IMG/VR virus record: IMGVR_UViG_3300045988_181101
Length of the DNA: 64,000 bases
Strand: one strand, 5' to 3'
Origin: a virus
Positions 35,002 through 45,238 of the stretch are shown piece after piece; the stretch's first letter is position 1; every line of letters starts with the position of its first letter. The notes under the pieces were generated by a model that was not told the origin of the DNA, made no database searches, and worked only from the letters and a program-made list of their open reading frames with translations. A program made the translations under genes and the position numbers.

Positions 35002-35963
35002 AACATCTTTTCTTTAACAGATTCGTTAATTTCATCAAACAATTCTTTATCTTGTAATAAAGCTTCTCTAACATTATCCATTCCTTGTCCTAATCGATAA
35101 TCATCGCCATAATAGAACCAAGCTCCTTTTTTCTGACACAAACCAAGTTTTACAGCAAGTTCTACTGTTTCTTGAACTATATCGAATCCGACTCCAAATC
35201 TCAACATTACTTCACACGTTCTTAATGGAGGAGCTATCTTATTTTTAACTATCTTAATTTTAGTCTTATTAGCTACTGCTATATCTCCACTTTTATCTGT
35301 GCTGATTCGAGCAAACTCGACTCTTTGTGTAGAATAAAATTTAAGAGCTTCACCACCAGGAGTTGTTGTTGTAGGTCCAAAACCAAAACCTCCATTAATT
35401 TTTTGTCTCACTTGATTAATACATAATAGAATGTTTCTATTCTTATTACATATGTTCTTGAAAATTCCTAATTGTGCAGACATTAATCGAGCAATCAATC
35501 CAATCTTAGCATCACCAACATCACCTTCAATTACACATTGAGGAACAAGACCTGCTACTGAATCAAGAACAACAATACCTATCTCAGGTTCTTCTAATCC
35601 TAAACGAACAGCTTCAAGTGCACTTTCTGCAGTATCAGGTTGAGAAAGTAGAAATTTATTTTGATCTAAATCAAGTCCTATTTTCTTAGCATATTCAAGA
35701 TCTAAAGATTGTTCTGTATCAACATAAAATACAGCTTTACCTCTTTTTTGCACTTCCTTACATAAATGTAATGCAGCAGTTGACTTTCCTGATGATGGTG
35801 GTCCATATATCTCATGTATACGAGCATTTGCAAAACCTCCTCCAAGAACTTCGTCAAAAGCTAAAGATCCTGACGAAATTGTTTCCACTTCTATTTTCTT
35901 CGTCACAACAATACCTTGTCCTAATCTTTTTTCAATAGTTGATAAAAATTTATCTAATGCCAT
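34983..35963 (-). CDS. recA: RecA-family recombinase
   Basis: SGSLAFDEVLGGGF, Walker A GPPSSGKST, Walker B VVLDSVAGLVP, plus L1/L2-type loops. Confidence 0.85.
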   Translation of the reverse strand: MALDKFLSTIEKRLGQGIVVTKKIEVETISSGSLAFDEVLGGGFANARIHEIYGPPSSGKSTAALHLCKEVQKRGKAVFYVDTEQSLDLEYAKKIGLDLDQNKFLLSQPDTAESALEAVRLGLEEPEIGIVVLDSVAGLVPQCVIEGDVGDAKIGLIARLMSAQLGIFKNICNKNRNILLCINQVRQKINGGFGFGPTTTTPGGEALKFYSTQRVEFARISTDKSGDIAVANKTKIKIVKNKIAPPLRTCEVMLRFGVGFDIVQETVELAVKLGLCQKKGAWFYYGDDYRLGQGMDNVREALLQDKELFDEINESVKEKMLCIQED

Positions 35964-35965
35964 AA

Positions 35966-37012
35966 TTATAATACTTGTTCTAAAATAGTTAATCCTTTTT
36001 CATAAGAATAATCATTCTGTTCACAAAAAATCTTAAACTTATTGATAATATCAGAATTAGTAAGAGTTTTAATTTCAGATACTTCTGCTTCTTCTGAAAT
36101 CTCTTCAATTTCTTTAGCTTTCATCTTTACATCAATACCAAGTTCTGTATAAACTTTCTTATCAATAGATTTGAGCTCATCCTGATTACCTTTAAATTCT
36201 ACTCTCAAAAGATTATCAGGATTTTCATCTTTAAACATTTTAACAATCTTATTAACTTGTTTGAGAGTCGTTACACTTAAATCAATAACAATCTTTCTAA
36301 ATTTCTTTCCTTTCGAAGGAATCAGATCATAAGTCAAATCATCGTAAATGATCCAAAATCCTTTATTTTCGTCTTCACCAAAATTATTTTGAGTCAATGA
36401 TCCAAGATGAACGAATTTTTCTCCAACTTCTTGATAATCGTGAAAATGACCTTGAAAAGTCATATCAAAATCATCAAATGTCTTTAGACTTAATCTATTT
36501 TCTGTTACATGACCAAGATTCTTACTTCCTGTTATAGCAATATGTCCTAAACAAACAAGTTTATCTTTACTATCCTTTTCATCTTGAATACACTCAATAA
36601 GTTCATCAAATCTTTCTACCCAAATATCTTCATCATAATAAGCAATACATCCAAATAAAATATCTCCTATTCTAACAATATCTATATCATCAATGAGTTT
36701 AAAATTAGGATGATGTTTAAATGGTTTAAGAAAAGAATCTGAACTTTTATAATCTGATGAATCGTGATTTCCTCTAATACAAATCAATTCTATACCAGCT
36801 TTATCGTAATGATCTAAAATCTTATCCCAAGAAGATAGAACAACTTGTTTTTGACTTATTCTTGAATCAAAAACATCACCAAGACAAAAACATTGTTTTA
36901 AATTGTTAGTTTTACAGATATCAATACCTTGTTTTATCAATAATTCTTCAATTTCTTGATAATTAGATTCTTTTAAATGAATATCTGTAAAAATCATTGT
37001 GAGTGGTTTCAT
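35966..37012 (-). CDS. sbcD: SbcD/Mre11-type nuclease (calcineurin-like phosphoesterase)
   Basis: Phosphoesterase motifs TDIHL, GDVFD, GNHD and GH.....H.H, located adjacent to sbcC. Confidence 0.8.
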   Translation of the reverse strand: MKPLTMIFTDIHLKESNYQEIEELLIKQGIDICKTNNLKQCFCLGDVFDSRISQKQVVLSSWDKILDHYDKAGIELICIRGNHDSSDYKSSDSFLKPFKHHPNFKLIDDIDIVRIGDILFGCIAYYDEDIWVERFDELIECIQDEKDSKDKLVCLGHIAITGSKNLGHVTENRLSLKTFDDFDMTFQGHFHDYQEVGEKFVHLGSLTQNNFGEDENKGFWIIYDDLTYDLIPSKGKKFRKIVIDLSVTTLKQVNKIVKMFKDENPDNLLRVEFKGNQDELKSIDKKVYTELGIDVKMKAKEIEEISEEAEVSEIKTLTNSDIINKFKIFCEQNDYSYEKGLTILEQVL

Positions 37013-37212
37013 AACGAACTAACTTTTAAAACATTATCTAATCCTGATAATATATCATTCTTTTCTTTCTCTGTATTAAAATAAAAATTTTCCCAAACGT
37101 TTGAAATCTTTATTTCAACTCTATACTGTTTCTTGGATTGACTAAAACCCATATCACGATAGCGTCCAATTGACGAAATTTTAATTCTCTGATTTCCTAT
37201 TTGTACAAACAT
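37009..37212 (-). CDS. hypothetical protein (67 aa)
   Basis: ATG ORF with a 4-nt overlap. Confidence 0.45.
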   Translation of the reverse strand: MFVQIGNQRIKISSIGRYRDMGFSQSKKQYRVEIKISNVWENFYFNTEKEKNDILSGLDNVLKVSSL

Positions 37213-37216
37213 AATT

Positions 37217-37876
37217 TTACCAAATTAAATAAGTTCCTGTTACTCCAATAAATATATCTGGTTTCTTTGTAATTAAACCGTATCCAGCTCCAATTGATAT
37301 ACCTACTCCAAATCTTTTCTTCTTTATAGGTTTAGTCCAAACTGTTACATCTTGAATTTTACCAGGTAATTGAGAATTTATCTCAATCTTATTTTGATTG
37401 TCTACTTGTTGTCTTGTTATAAGAAACTCGTTTGTAAGATTAAAATTAATCTTATATTTTTGAATATGAGTCGCCCATATCTCAAGATCATAACTTATTG
37501 TATCTGTCTTTTCCTGGAAAATATAACACGAATCCGTCTGAATAGATTTATCAACTAATTGCTCTTTCCCTTCGTATTTATATTTATATTCAAATTTAAT
37601 TGCTTCTACAAGATCCTCTTTATCTCGTAATTGAGAATAAAGTTCTTTATTTTCTTTTTTCAATTGAGAAAAACTTTTTGAAGAATATATCTTAGTATAA
37701 CGATTTAAAGAATCAATGTAGAATTCAACTTCATTTGAAATCGTTTTTAATTGTTTTTTATAATGTAAATTATCCCAAATTAAACATACGACTAATAAAG
37801 CTAACGATACAACTAAACAAGTTTTAACATCTATTTTCATACGAAACTTTTTAAGGGAGGAATTTCTTCCTCCCAT
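37217..37876 (-). CDS. membrane-anchored hypothetical protein (219 aa)
   Basis: N-terminal TM segment VVSLALLVVCLIW and a Gly-rich hydrophobic C-terminus. Confidence 0.5.
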   Translation of the reverse strand: MGGRNSSLKKFRMKIDVKTCLVVSLALLVVCLIWDNLHYKKQLKTISNEVEFYIDSLNRYTKIYSSKSFSQLKKENKELYSQLRDKEDLVEAIKFEYKYKYEGKEQLVDKSIQTDSCYIFQEKTDTISYDLEIWATHIQKYKINFNLTNEFLITRQQVDNQNKIEINSQLPGKIQDVTVWTKPIKKKRFGVGISIGAGYGLITKKPDIFIGVTGTYLIW

Positions 37877-37881
37877 TAATA

Positions 37882-39186
37882 CTATTTCTTCATTCTATTT
37901 CTTAAACCTGCTAATCTATCTTGAACAGATTGAGAAGTTTTAGATGAAGCACGATCTTCGTTTATTGGACTTTTTTCTTCAGATTCATTCGAATCATCAT
38001 TTTCTTCACTTTCACGATAATCGTCAAATGGTAACATCATTCCTTCTTTCATCATATCGTACCATTTTCGTAATTCTGTAACAGAAAGATTAGGAAGTTT
38101 TTCAGTACCTTCGTATTCTGCTTCAATATAATCATTAAGCTCAGCCTTCATCTTAATCAACGGCGGATAAGATGTTATGGGGGTAGAGGTTTGTTTAGGT
38201 TCTTCTTTCTTCTTAGAAGGAATTTTTGCAACTTGTTTGACTTCATCATCTTCAGGGACAAGTTTTTCAAGTTCTTCAAGAGCGTTCAAAAATTCATCAT
38301 TTTGAAAGATTTCAAAACCATTTTGTTTATCAAATCTTTCAAGGCCTTCAATTTGCATATCCCAATCTTTTCTTGAAAAGACATCTTTATACTGATCTTC
38401 CAAAGAAGGTAATTCTTCGAGTTCTTGCAAAATATTATCAGGAACTCTTGTTCTCAAGAAGAAATCATCCCAACTTTCACGTTTAGAAGCATCAGGTAAT
38501 CCGCATGAAATATCAAATTGTGACTTACCTTTTTCATTTAAAGTTGTATTAATAATCAAAGGATAACCTTCATCACAATCTGAAAAAATATCTATATTAA
38601 TTACATTATCATTAGATCTTTCAAGAGAAATGTTTTTCATCTTCTTCCACCATTGTGGACGTACATCAAAACGGTGAATTTCATCTTCAACATAAACATA
38701 ACAAACATAATTCAAATTTGGACTAACACCCCAAACCCATTGTTTTTGTCTATTGAAATAACCTGTTATAGGTGCTAAAAATTTCTTTTTCTCATCTGAA
38801 TCTTGAATATCATTCGCAAGTGCATAGACAAAATCGATATAAATCATTACAGCATCTTTGCCACCCATTTTATCACTATGAACATCAGATGTAAAGACAT
38901 CCTTTTGTCTTACCTCTTTTTTACCTGTATCTTTTCCATCTTTATCATAGATAGGACATTCAATAGGAAGTTTTACAACTTTACGTGAAATATAAGGTTT
39001 TTCACCTTTTACTGAAGGTAAAACTCTTAATTCATAACGACCTTCTTTATTTACTGTATAAAAACTTGCTCTACCACCTTGATTCCCAAATGCAGGATTT
39101 TTCATTGTGGCTTGCGCTTTTTTCAAATCATCATCTACTTCATCAATACTAACTTGTTTCTTGTACTTTGAACGATCAAAACTCAT
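37882..39186 (-). CDS. hypothetical protein with acidic C-terminal tail (possible ssDNA-binding protein)
   Basis: 434 aa with an acidic tail (DDYRESEENDDSNESEE), located in the recombination/replication block. The function is a guess from context only. Confidence 0.5.
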   Translation of the reverse strand: MSFDRSKYKKQVSIDEVDDDLKKAQATMKNPAFGNQGGRASFYTVNKEGRYELRVLPSVKGEKPYISRKVVKLPIECPIYDKDGKDTGKKEVRQKDVFTSDVHSDKMGGKDAVMIYIDFVYALANDIQDSDEKKKFLAPITGYFNRQKQWVWGVSPNLNYVCYVYVEDEIHRFDVRPQWWKKMKNISLERSNDNVINIDIFSDCDEGYPLIINTTLNEKGKSQFDISCGLPDASKRESWDDFFLRTRVPDNILQELEELPSLEDQYKDVFSRKDWDMQIEGLERFDKQNGFEIFQNDEFLNALEELEKLVPEDDEVKQVAKIPSKKKEEPKQTSTPITSYPPLIKMKAELNDYIEAEYEGTEKLPNLSVTELRKWYDMMKEGMMLPFDDYRESEENDDSNESEEKSPINEDRASSKTSQSVQDRLAGLRNRMKK

Positions 39187-39210
39187 AATAATAAAATTTA
39201 AAATTAATAC

Positions 39211-39498
39211 TTACTTTAATTTAATACTTTTCAATTGTTTTAAAACTTCTTCATTAATCTTCTTATACTCTTCTATATATTTTTCAAATGTTTCAAATTC
39301 CTTCTTAGTTTCAAAAATCTCATAATCTCCAATTTTATTCATAAGATGTTGTAAGGACATACCAAATGCAACAGGTTTTTCAACTTCAACATTCTCTTCG
39401 CCATTTCTATTACCATAAGATATTTTAATCAAATCCCAATTAAACGGTGCATGAATACATTGACTAATAAAAAAATTCTCAGTTAATTTTATCTTCAT
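39211..39498 (-). CDS. hypothetical protein (95 aa)
   Basis: ATG ORF. Confidence 0.5.
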   Translation of the reverse strand: MKIKLTENFFISQCIHAPFNWDLIKISYGNRNGEENVEVEKPVAFGMSLQHLMNKIGDYEIFETKKEFETFEKYIEEYKKINEEVLKQLKSIKLK

Positions 39499-40025
39499 AA
39501 TTCAGGTTTTATAATAGTAAATGAATTTATTTTACCTTCGATTAATTCGTTCACAAATTCTTTAGGTGTTACTTTAGGTAACAAATTATTCAATTTCTGA
39601 TCTTTACTTTTTATTGCCCACCATAATGCATCTAATTTATCTCTTTTTGATTCAATTTCTATTTGCTCCATTAAATATTCTTGATATTTATCATTAAGCA
39701 AAACTAATTCATCAAGTCCTTTTTCAGTCAATTTAAATTCTTCTTCATCAATAGTAACTTTACCATTATTGTTAGCAGCTTCTCTTCTATATTGTCTTTT
39801 CAATTCAGATACATAAACATCACAATAAAGTTTTGCTTCTCTTGCTTTTCTTTCGTAATCTGCTTTCCATTGTCCTATCTTATTCAATAATGCAGGTATT
39901 GTAACTACTTCACCATACAAATTAGAATAATTGATTGATGTGATATTTTCAAGATAAATCTCTTCGTCTGCATCAGGTGATATAAGTACGATTGTTTTAT
40001 CTTCTTGTTCAATAATAAGTTTCAT
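39495..40025 (-). CDS. hypothetical protein (176 aa), possibly UvsY-like mediator
   Basis: The C-terminal helix ...DKLDALWWAIKSKDQKLNNL loosely resembles the T4 UvsY C-terminus. Context is RecA/SbcCD. Weak. Confidence 0.45.
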   Translation of the reverse strand: MKLIIEQEDKTIVLISPDADEEIYLENITSINYSNLYGEVVTIPALLNKIGQWKADYERKAREAKLYCDVYVSELKRQYRREAANNNGKVTIDEEEFKLTEKGLDELVLLNDKYQEYLMEQIEIESKRDKLDALWWAIKSKDQKLNNLLPKVTPKEFVNELIEGKINSFTIIKPEL

Positions 40026-40045
40026 ATCTTCTTTATTTTTATGTA

Positions 40046-40089
40046 AAGGTATGGTTTTTATTCGTTTTATACAACATAAACCATACCTT
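40046..40089 (-). terminator. 12-bp-stem hairpin downstream of dnaE
   Basis: AAGGTATGGTTT (40046-40057) pairs with AAACCATACCTT (40078-40089). Confidence 0.4.
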
Positions 40090-40120
40090 ATAAGTATCCT
40101 TATTATCTAAATAATGTACC

Positions 40121-42134
40121 TTATGTTAAAACAGTAAATAACGAATTTATTGTCGTCTGTAAAATGTATTCTTGTCTAAACTTATCCCATTGAATATAAC
40201 CATTAAGAAGTAAAATGTTCCCCTTACTATTTCTTAATGATTCTGCAACTTCTTCAAATAATTCAGGAAATACATAGACGTTTATAAAATCATAATTACT
40301 TTCTAATGTTATAGTAGCAAAAAGACCTTTCTTAGATTTTTTCTCTACTAAATCTACAACATATCCACCTATAGAAGCTAAGCGATATTTTGTAGTGCCT
40401 GTCCAGTATTTAACTTGACTAATATCGTAGAAATCATGTTCGTCATCATAAAGTTGAGGAATATGATAATTTCTTACAAGATATTCATAATCAAAAAATG
40501 CAAGTCCTGATACCTTCTTTTGTTGTAAAGTCCACCACCAATCATTTTTCTCTTTACGAGCTTTAATAATATTAGTCAAAAGATCTTTATCTTCAAGAAT
40601 CTTCACTTTCTTATTTTCTCGATAGGATTCAATCAATTTCAATCTTTCATGAGGACGTTCTATATTCTCCAATTTATCAAACGCACCACTATAGATGAGA
40701 TTTTCAATAACAGATTTGTTTACAGGAGATCCTTTTATTACACATCTATCTATAAATTCATCAAGTGAAAAGAATTCTCCATTCTCATGTCTTTCCTTTG
40801 AAATAAATTCTTGAGCTTTTTCACCACATTGTTTAACTGAATTCAAAGCCCAATACATACTTCCTGTTTTGACATCTGAAACAATATTTATATCAGACTT
40901 ATTTATATCTACAGTGCGAAGTTCAATGTTACCTGATTTCTGAATTTCATTAACATAAAAAGGATAATCTTTACTTTCAGCATAGGAGAATGTTACAGAC
41001 CAAAACTCAATAGGATAATGCACTTTCAACCAAAGGCAATTATATCCATTTCGCGAATAAGCGATTGCATGGGATTTGTTAAACGCATAGGCACCAAATT
41101 TCACCATTTGATCCCAAAGTTCTTTTGCATAAGATTCTTCTACACCAAATTTATTGATATAACCTTTTACAAACTTTTCTTCATACGATTGAAGTTTTTG
41201 TAAATTTTTTTTACCAATAGCTTTTCGGACACCATCAGTGGTCTCTAAGTCAAAATCAGCAAGATACTGACAGAGACGCATTATATCTTCTTGGTACACT
41301 ATAAAGTTTTTTGACTTTGATAAAACTTTTTCTGCACCTATTGGAGCTTCTTTATCAATTTCTCCTTTCTTAGCAAGAATGTATTCATTGTGAAAATTAT
41401 TCTCAATAGGTCCAGGACGATATAAAGCTGCACATATCCCCATCTCATCAAGACTTTCAGGCTGCATCTGAACGCAATAAGACGAAAGTCCTTTTGCACC
41501 GAAGTGGAAAATATTCGATAAAAATCCTTTCTTTATATATTCAAAGACTATTCTATCATCTAAAGGAATATCTTTATATAAATCAAGTTTTATACCGTGA
41601 TTTTTATAAATCAAATCAAGTATATCAGATAATTGTGATAATTGTCTGATACCTAATATATCTTCTTTCAAAAATCCAGCATCTTCAATTTCTGAACCTT
41701 CCCATTGTGTAACCATTAAACCTTGTTGTTTCTTGATAGGAGTCCATTGAGCAGAGGTTTTCTCATCAGGTAATACTACTGTACCACAAGCATGAATAGA
41801 AGATGTCTTCGGTGTATTAAGAATAATCATCATATCATCAAAGAGTTCTGTGTTATCTTTGACAAATTCTCTCATTTCTTTATCCTTACAAATAATTCTA
41901 AAGAAATCCTCTGCACTTTCCATCCCTTCTTCATCTCTTAATCTTGATGTAAATCGTCTTACTGCTCCAATAGGTAAGTTGTGACAGCGAGCAAGGTCTG
42001 TAATGGCAGCTTTAAGTTTTAATGTACCATAAGTTCCAAGAGAAACGACTTGTGTTTCGCCAAATCGACTCTCCATGTATTTCTTTACTTTTTCTCGTCC
42101 TTCAGACGAAAAATCCGAATCGATTTCACTTAGT
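40121..42134 (-). CDS. dnaE: DNA polymerase III alpha (DnaE) C-terminal part, proposed exon 2
   Basis: The frame is open from 42158. LSEIDSDFSSEGREKVKKYMESRFG matches the DnaE PDxDxDF....R..V..Y....YG region, yet the first ATG is only at 42076, downstream of the catalytic Asp pair. The rest matches fingers/thumb/HhH/OB regions (FNKSHA, YRPGP). Confidence 0.8.
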
Positions 42135-43124
42135 CCGGGAGACTACCTAATGACGTAGTCTCCCGGATCTCCTTTCTTAAATCTTTAATTGTTATCATTA
42201 TTTATTTCTTGTTTTAAAAATTCAACCAATTCTTCAACGTTGTCAGGAACCTTATTTGATTTTTTAATATTATCAACTTTCCATAACGGCTGTAGATTCC
42301 TGTAATTAAGACAGATACGTTGATTTTCTTCTTTAGTCAGATCAAAGTAAGATATAGGAATAATATGATCAATCTGCCAACCGTCTTTTCCACCATAATT
42401 CTCCCACGTCATTCCAGGTTCGAATTGTTGTTCGAGATGAACTTTCAGTTCACCAAGAGAACAACCAATTAAATCAAATGTACTGTTTTTCTTCGATCCA
42501 TTTAATCTCGTTCTCAATCCGTTTCTCAAAAGGTGAGCTAATTTAAAATTCAAATCTTCCTTTCTCCTTCTTCGACTATTAATCGATCTTTTTAATCGAC
42601 CTTGATCTGATTTTAAATATAAATTCGATTGTAAAATTCTCTTCTCTTTATTCTTTTCGTAATAATCTTTATCATATAAAGACCGTCTTTCTTTATTTTC
42701 TCTTCCCCTCTCTAATATCACTTCTTTGTGATTTTGATAATAAAGTTTATCGCTTTTCTTTCGATTTTCAGATTTTAAATACAATTTAGTATATTCTTTC
42801 TTGCAATCTTTACACTGAGCTTCTAATCCATCTGAACAGCTCTTACATTTGTTAAAATGATCAAGTGAAAGTTCTCGTCTACAATGACTGCAAATCTTCA
42901 ATCCTGTCTCAAAATTAGCTTTCATACTTTATATAAAATTTTTCATTTTTCTTTATATGTTTATTCGTTATAATCCATCAATTCATCATCTTCTTGTAAT
43001 TCACCAGCCTTAACAATCATCTTTTCTTTATTACGTAAAATTCGCACAAAATCAGTAGATTTGATACAAATAGGTGAGGAACTATTTTCGTTTATAACTA
43101 CCTCTTCAACTTTATCGTGACGTA
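42135..43124 (-). mobile_element. putative group I intron (~990 nt) carrying an HNH ORF, inserted in dnaE
   Basis: It separates ...LLFERFLTTGRL(I) from LSEIDSDF. The proposed 5' exon ends in U and the insertion ends in G. A GC-rich 13-bp hairpin abuts the 3' junction. The boundaries are inferred, not proven. Confidence 0.45.
42185..42925 (-). CDS. HNH homing endonuclease (family copy 2), inside the dnaE insertion
   Basis: CSHCRREL...DGLEAQCKDC and GGKDGWQIDHIIP....CLNYRNLQPLWKVDNIKK. Confidence 0.8.
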   Translation of the reverse strand: MKANFETGLKICSHCRRELSLDHFNKCKSCSDGLEAQCKDCKKEYTKLYLKSENRKKSDKLYYQNHKEVILERGRENKERRSLYDKDYYEKNKEKRILQSNLYLKSDQGRLKRSINSRRRRKEDLNFKLAHLLRNGLRTRLNGSKKNSTFDLIGCSLGELKVHLEQQFEPGMTWENYGGKDGWQIDHIIPISYFDLTKEENQRICLNYRNLQPLWKVDNIKKSNKVPDNVEELVEFLKQEINNDNN

Positions 43125-44571
43125 TCAAGCGACCTGTTGTTAGGAAGCGTTCAAATAGAAGATCGTATTCAAGAGGATTAATATAATTAAGTTCCAATAG
43201 ATAAGAAATGAGACTCCCACAAGCTGACCCTCTACCAGCCCCTAAAAGTATATTTTCTTTCTTACACCAATTGACGATATCTCTCAACATTAAAAAGTAA
43301 TCGACTACATCTCCTTCTTCAATTACCTTCATTTCTCTTTCAAGTCGTTCTTGAATAACTTCATCTGAATATTTCTCAAGAAGCTCAGGATGATTTTCAA
43401 TACCTTTAAATATCAAATCTTCAAACATATCAATATTAGTTTCGTATTGAAGAGCTTCTTCATCAGTCATGTGATAAACAGGCATGTGTCGTATTTGCGT
43501 TTCAATTACGAAATTACATTCAAATGATACTTCTTTTAGATTTGAAACGGCTCTTTCCCACGTAGAAAAGAATTTTTCATCATTACCGAATAAATAACTT
43601 AACTCTTCAAAATACTCTTGATAATTTTTGAAATATTGATTTTTACTTTCGTGTGTAATTATCTTACCAATAGAATTTAATTTCTTTTTAACGGGATACC
43701 ATTCTTTCTCTATATAATAAGCATCACACATTGCGATAGGTTCAAGTTCACTTAAAAAGAATCTTTTTAAATTATTTAAATAATCTATATCCTTTTCTTC
43801 TTTTTCAAATACAGTTGTATCAAGTTGATAATAAGGTACTATTTCTTTTAGATTTGTAGGTATATTTCTATATTCTATTGATTTAGGATCCCAAATTAAA
43901 ACTAATCCATCATAACAATCTTCAATATCTTCTTGCGTAACAAAAGCTTTATCATTTGTATTTATTATTTCATTCAATTTTAGAAGGTTCTGCCAACCTA
44001 TTTGATTTTTTACAAATGCTTTAATAGTGTACTTCAAATCTTTTTTCTCGTCTACAATTATGATCTCCATTCCTTGAATAGAACGTAATCCTGCTTTTTG
44101 ACAAGCATTTTGAAATTTCATACAGCCTGCTAATGTTCCTTTTTCACAGATACCAAGACTTGTGATTCCTAAGAATTTAGCTTTCTCACACCATTTCTTA
44201 TAGAGACCTACACTATTTAATAATTCAAGAGGACCATGAATCCCAAGATAAGTATCTATATAAAATTCTTCATCTTCAAGTTTAGCTTTACCTAACCATT
44301 TTATAGGATTTAATTTTACTTGCAATTCATCTCCCTTTTTAAGAGAATACCAAATACTACCAAAACTAAAAATGTAATTATCACAATCAGTTCTATCGCA
44401 TGCCCAATGAAAATCTTCATCAAAAAGAACTTTCTTACCTTCTTCCCATTCTATAGGTTCAAATAGTTCATACGTTTGATTATTTATCTCAATGACATAA
44501 TCTCCTAATTCTTTGTAATCTATAAAATTGTCATTAAGATATTGAATTAATTCTTTATATAATTCTTTCAT
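43125..44571 (-). CDS. dnaE: DNA polymerase III alpha (DnaE) N-terminal part (PHP domain + start of palm), proposed exon 1
   Basis: Degenerate PHP region, then GAGRGSACGSLISYLLELNYINPLEYDLLFERFL (DnaE GPGRGSAAGS...LLFERFLNPER). If unspliced, the ORF continues a further 54 codons to the stop at 42961. Confidence 0.8.
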
Positions 44572-44585
44572 ATACGAATTTAATT

Positions 44586-44619
44586 AAAAAGGGCCAGAAA
44601 CATATTTATTCTCTGACCC
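44586..44619 (-). terminator. rho-independent terminator candidate
   Basis: Minus-strand RNA GGGUCAGA...UCUGGCCC (8 bp including one G.U) followed by UUUUU. Downstream of the stop at 44649. Confidence 0.5.
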
Positions 44620-44648
44620 TCCTCTATCAACTAAAAAAGAACTGAATA

Positions 44649-45185
44649 TTATTCTGACACTACATCAAAATGTTTATCACACACATGCTTTACAACTGTA
44701 TAATAGGTAGATAATGCTTTAGCAATTTGATAGAAAGAACGTCCGTCATTCTTCAATAGTTCATCATAAATCTGAGAAGAAAGATCTTTCATACCTTCAG
44801 GTTTAGTTTCAGATTTAGGTTTAACATTGAGAATTGTTTTCGGAGCTCTTGGTTGCTTTTCTTTTTTTTCTTTTGGCTGTTTCTTTTCTTTCTTCACAGT
44901 TTTTGCAACAATCTTTTCAGCTTTCTTGGTTTCTTTACGCTTTTTCTCATCTTCAGGACGAGGTTCTTCAGCGTTTTTACTAACAGATTCTGCGTGTTCT
45001 TCTACTGTTTTTTCTTCTTTTGCTACATCTTCATCAGAAGCAATGTACTCAGGATCTGTATAGGTTTCTATACCTGCTTCTTTTTGTTCAATCAACTTTG
45101 CAAGTTCTTCTTTAGAATACTTTGCATAATTCTGAATACCAAGTTCATTAGCTTTTTTACGAAGTGTTAACAATGATTCTGCCAT
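44649..45185 (-). CDS. Rho_N/SAP-like + Lys/Glu-rich linker + HTH protein (paralog of 10270-10836)
   Basis: LRKKANELGIQNYAKYSKEELAKLIEQ at the N-terminus. C-terminus SFYQIAKALSTYYTVVKHVCDKH. Confidence 0.55.
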   Translation of the reverse strand: MAESLLTLRKKANELGIQNYAKYSKEELAKLIEQKEAGIETYTDPEYIASDEDVAKEEKTVEEHAESVSKNAEEPRPEDEKKRKETKKAEKIVAKTVKKEKKQPKEKKEKQPRAPKTILNVKPKSETKPEGMKDLSSQIYDELLKNDGRSFYQIAKALSTYYTVVKHVCDKHFDVVSE

Positions 45186-45238
45186 AACTTTAAATTTTAC
45201 GAATTAATAAATTTGTTTCTTTTTGATGACCTAAAGGT

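Noticed and set aside
42961-43124. Split intein, or an intein in general, as the explanation for the dnaE interruption
   Set aside because: The 54-aa extension after FLTTGR starts LIRHDK, with no Cys/Ser/Ala-type block A. The sequence preceding LSEIDSDF lacks a His-Asn terminus and is preceded by an in-frame TAG. The HNH ORF is free-standing with its own start and stop. An RNA-level intron or a truly split gene fits better.
44827-45170. Two overlapping plus-strand ORFs (78 and 105 aa), very Phe/Ser/Cys-rich
   Set aside because: They are the antisense of the Lys/Glu-rich linker of the minus-strand Rho_N-HTH gene. The sequence is low-complexity and has no promoter or start context. The same reasoning applies to the other plus-strand track ORFs (for example 1588-1773, 3678-3941, 5889-6239, 6425-6821, 8103-8348, 10649-10978, 14427-14654, 24421-24678, 54764-55012).
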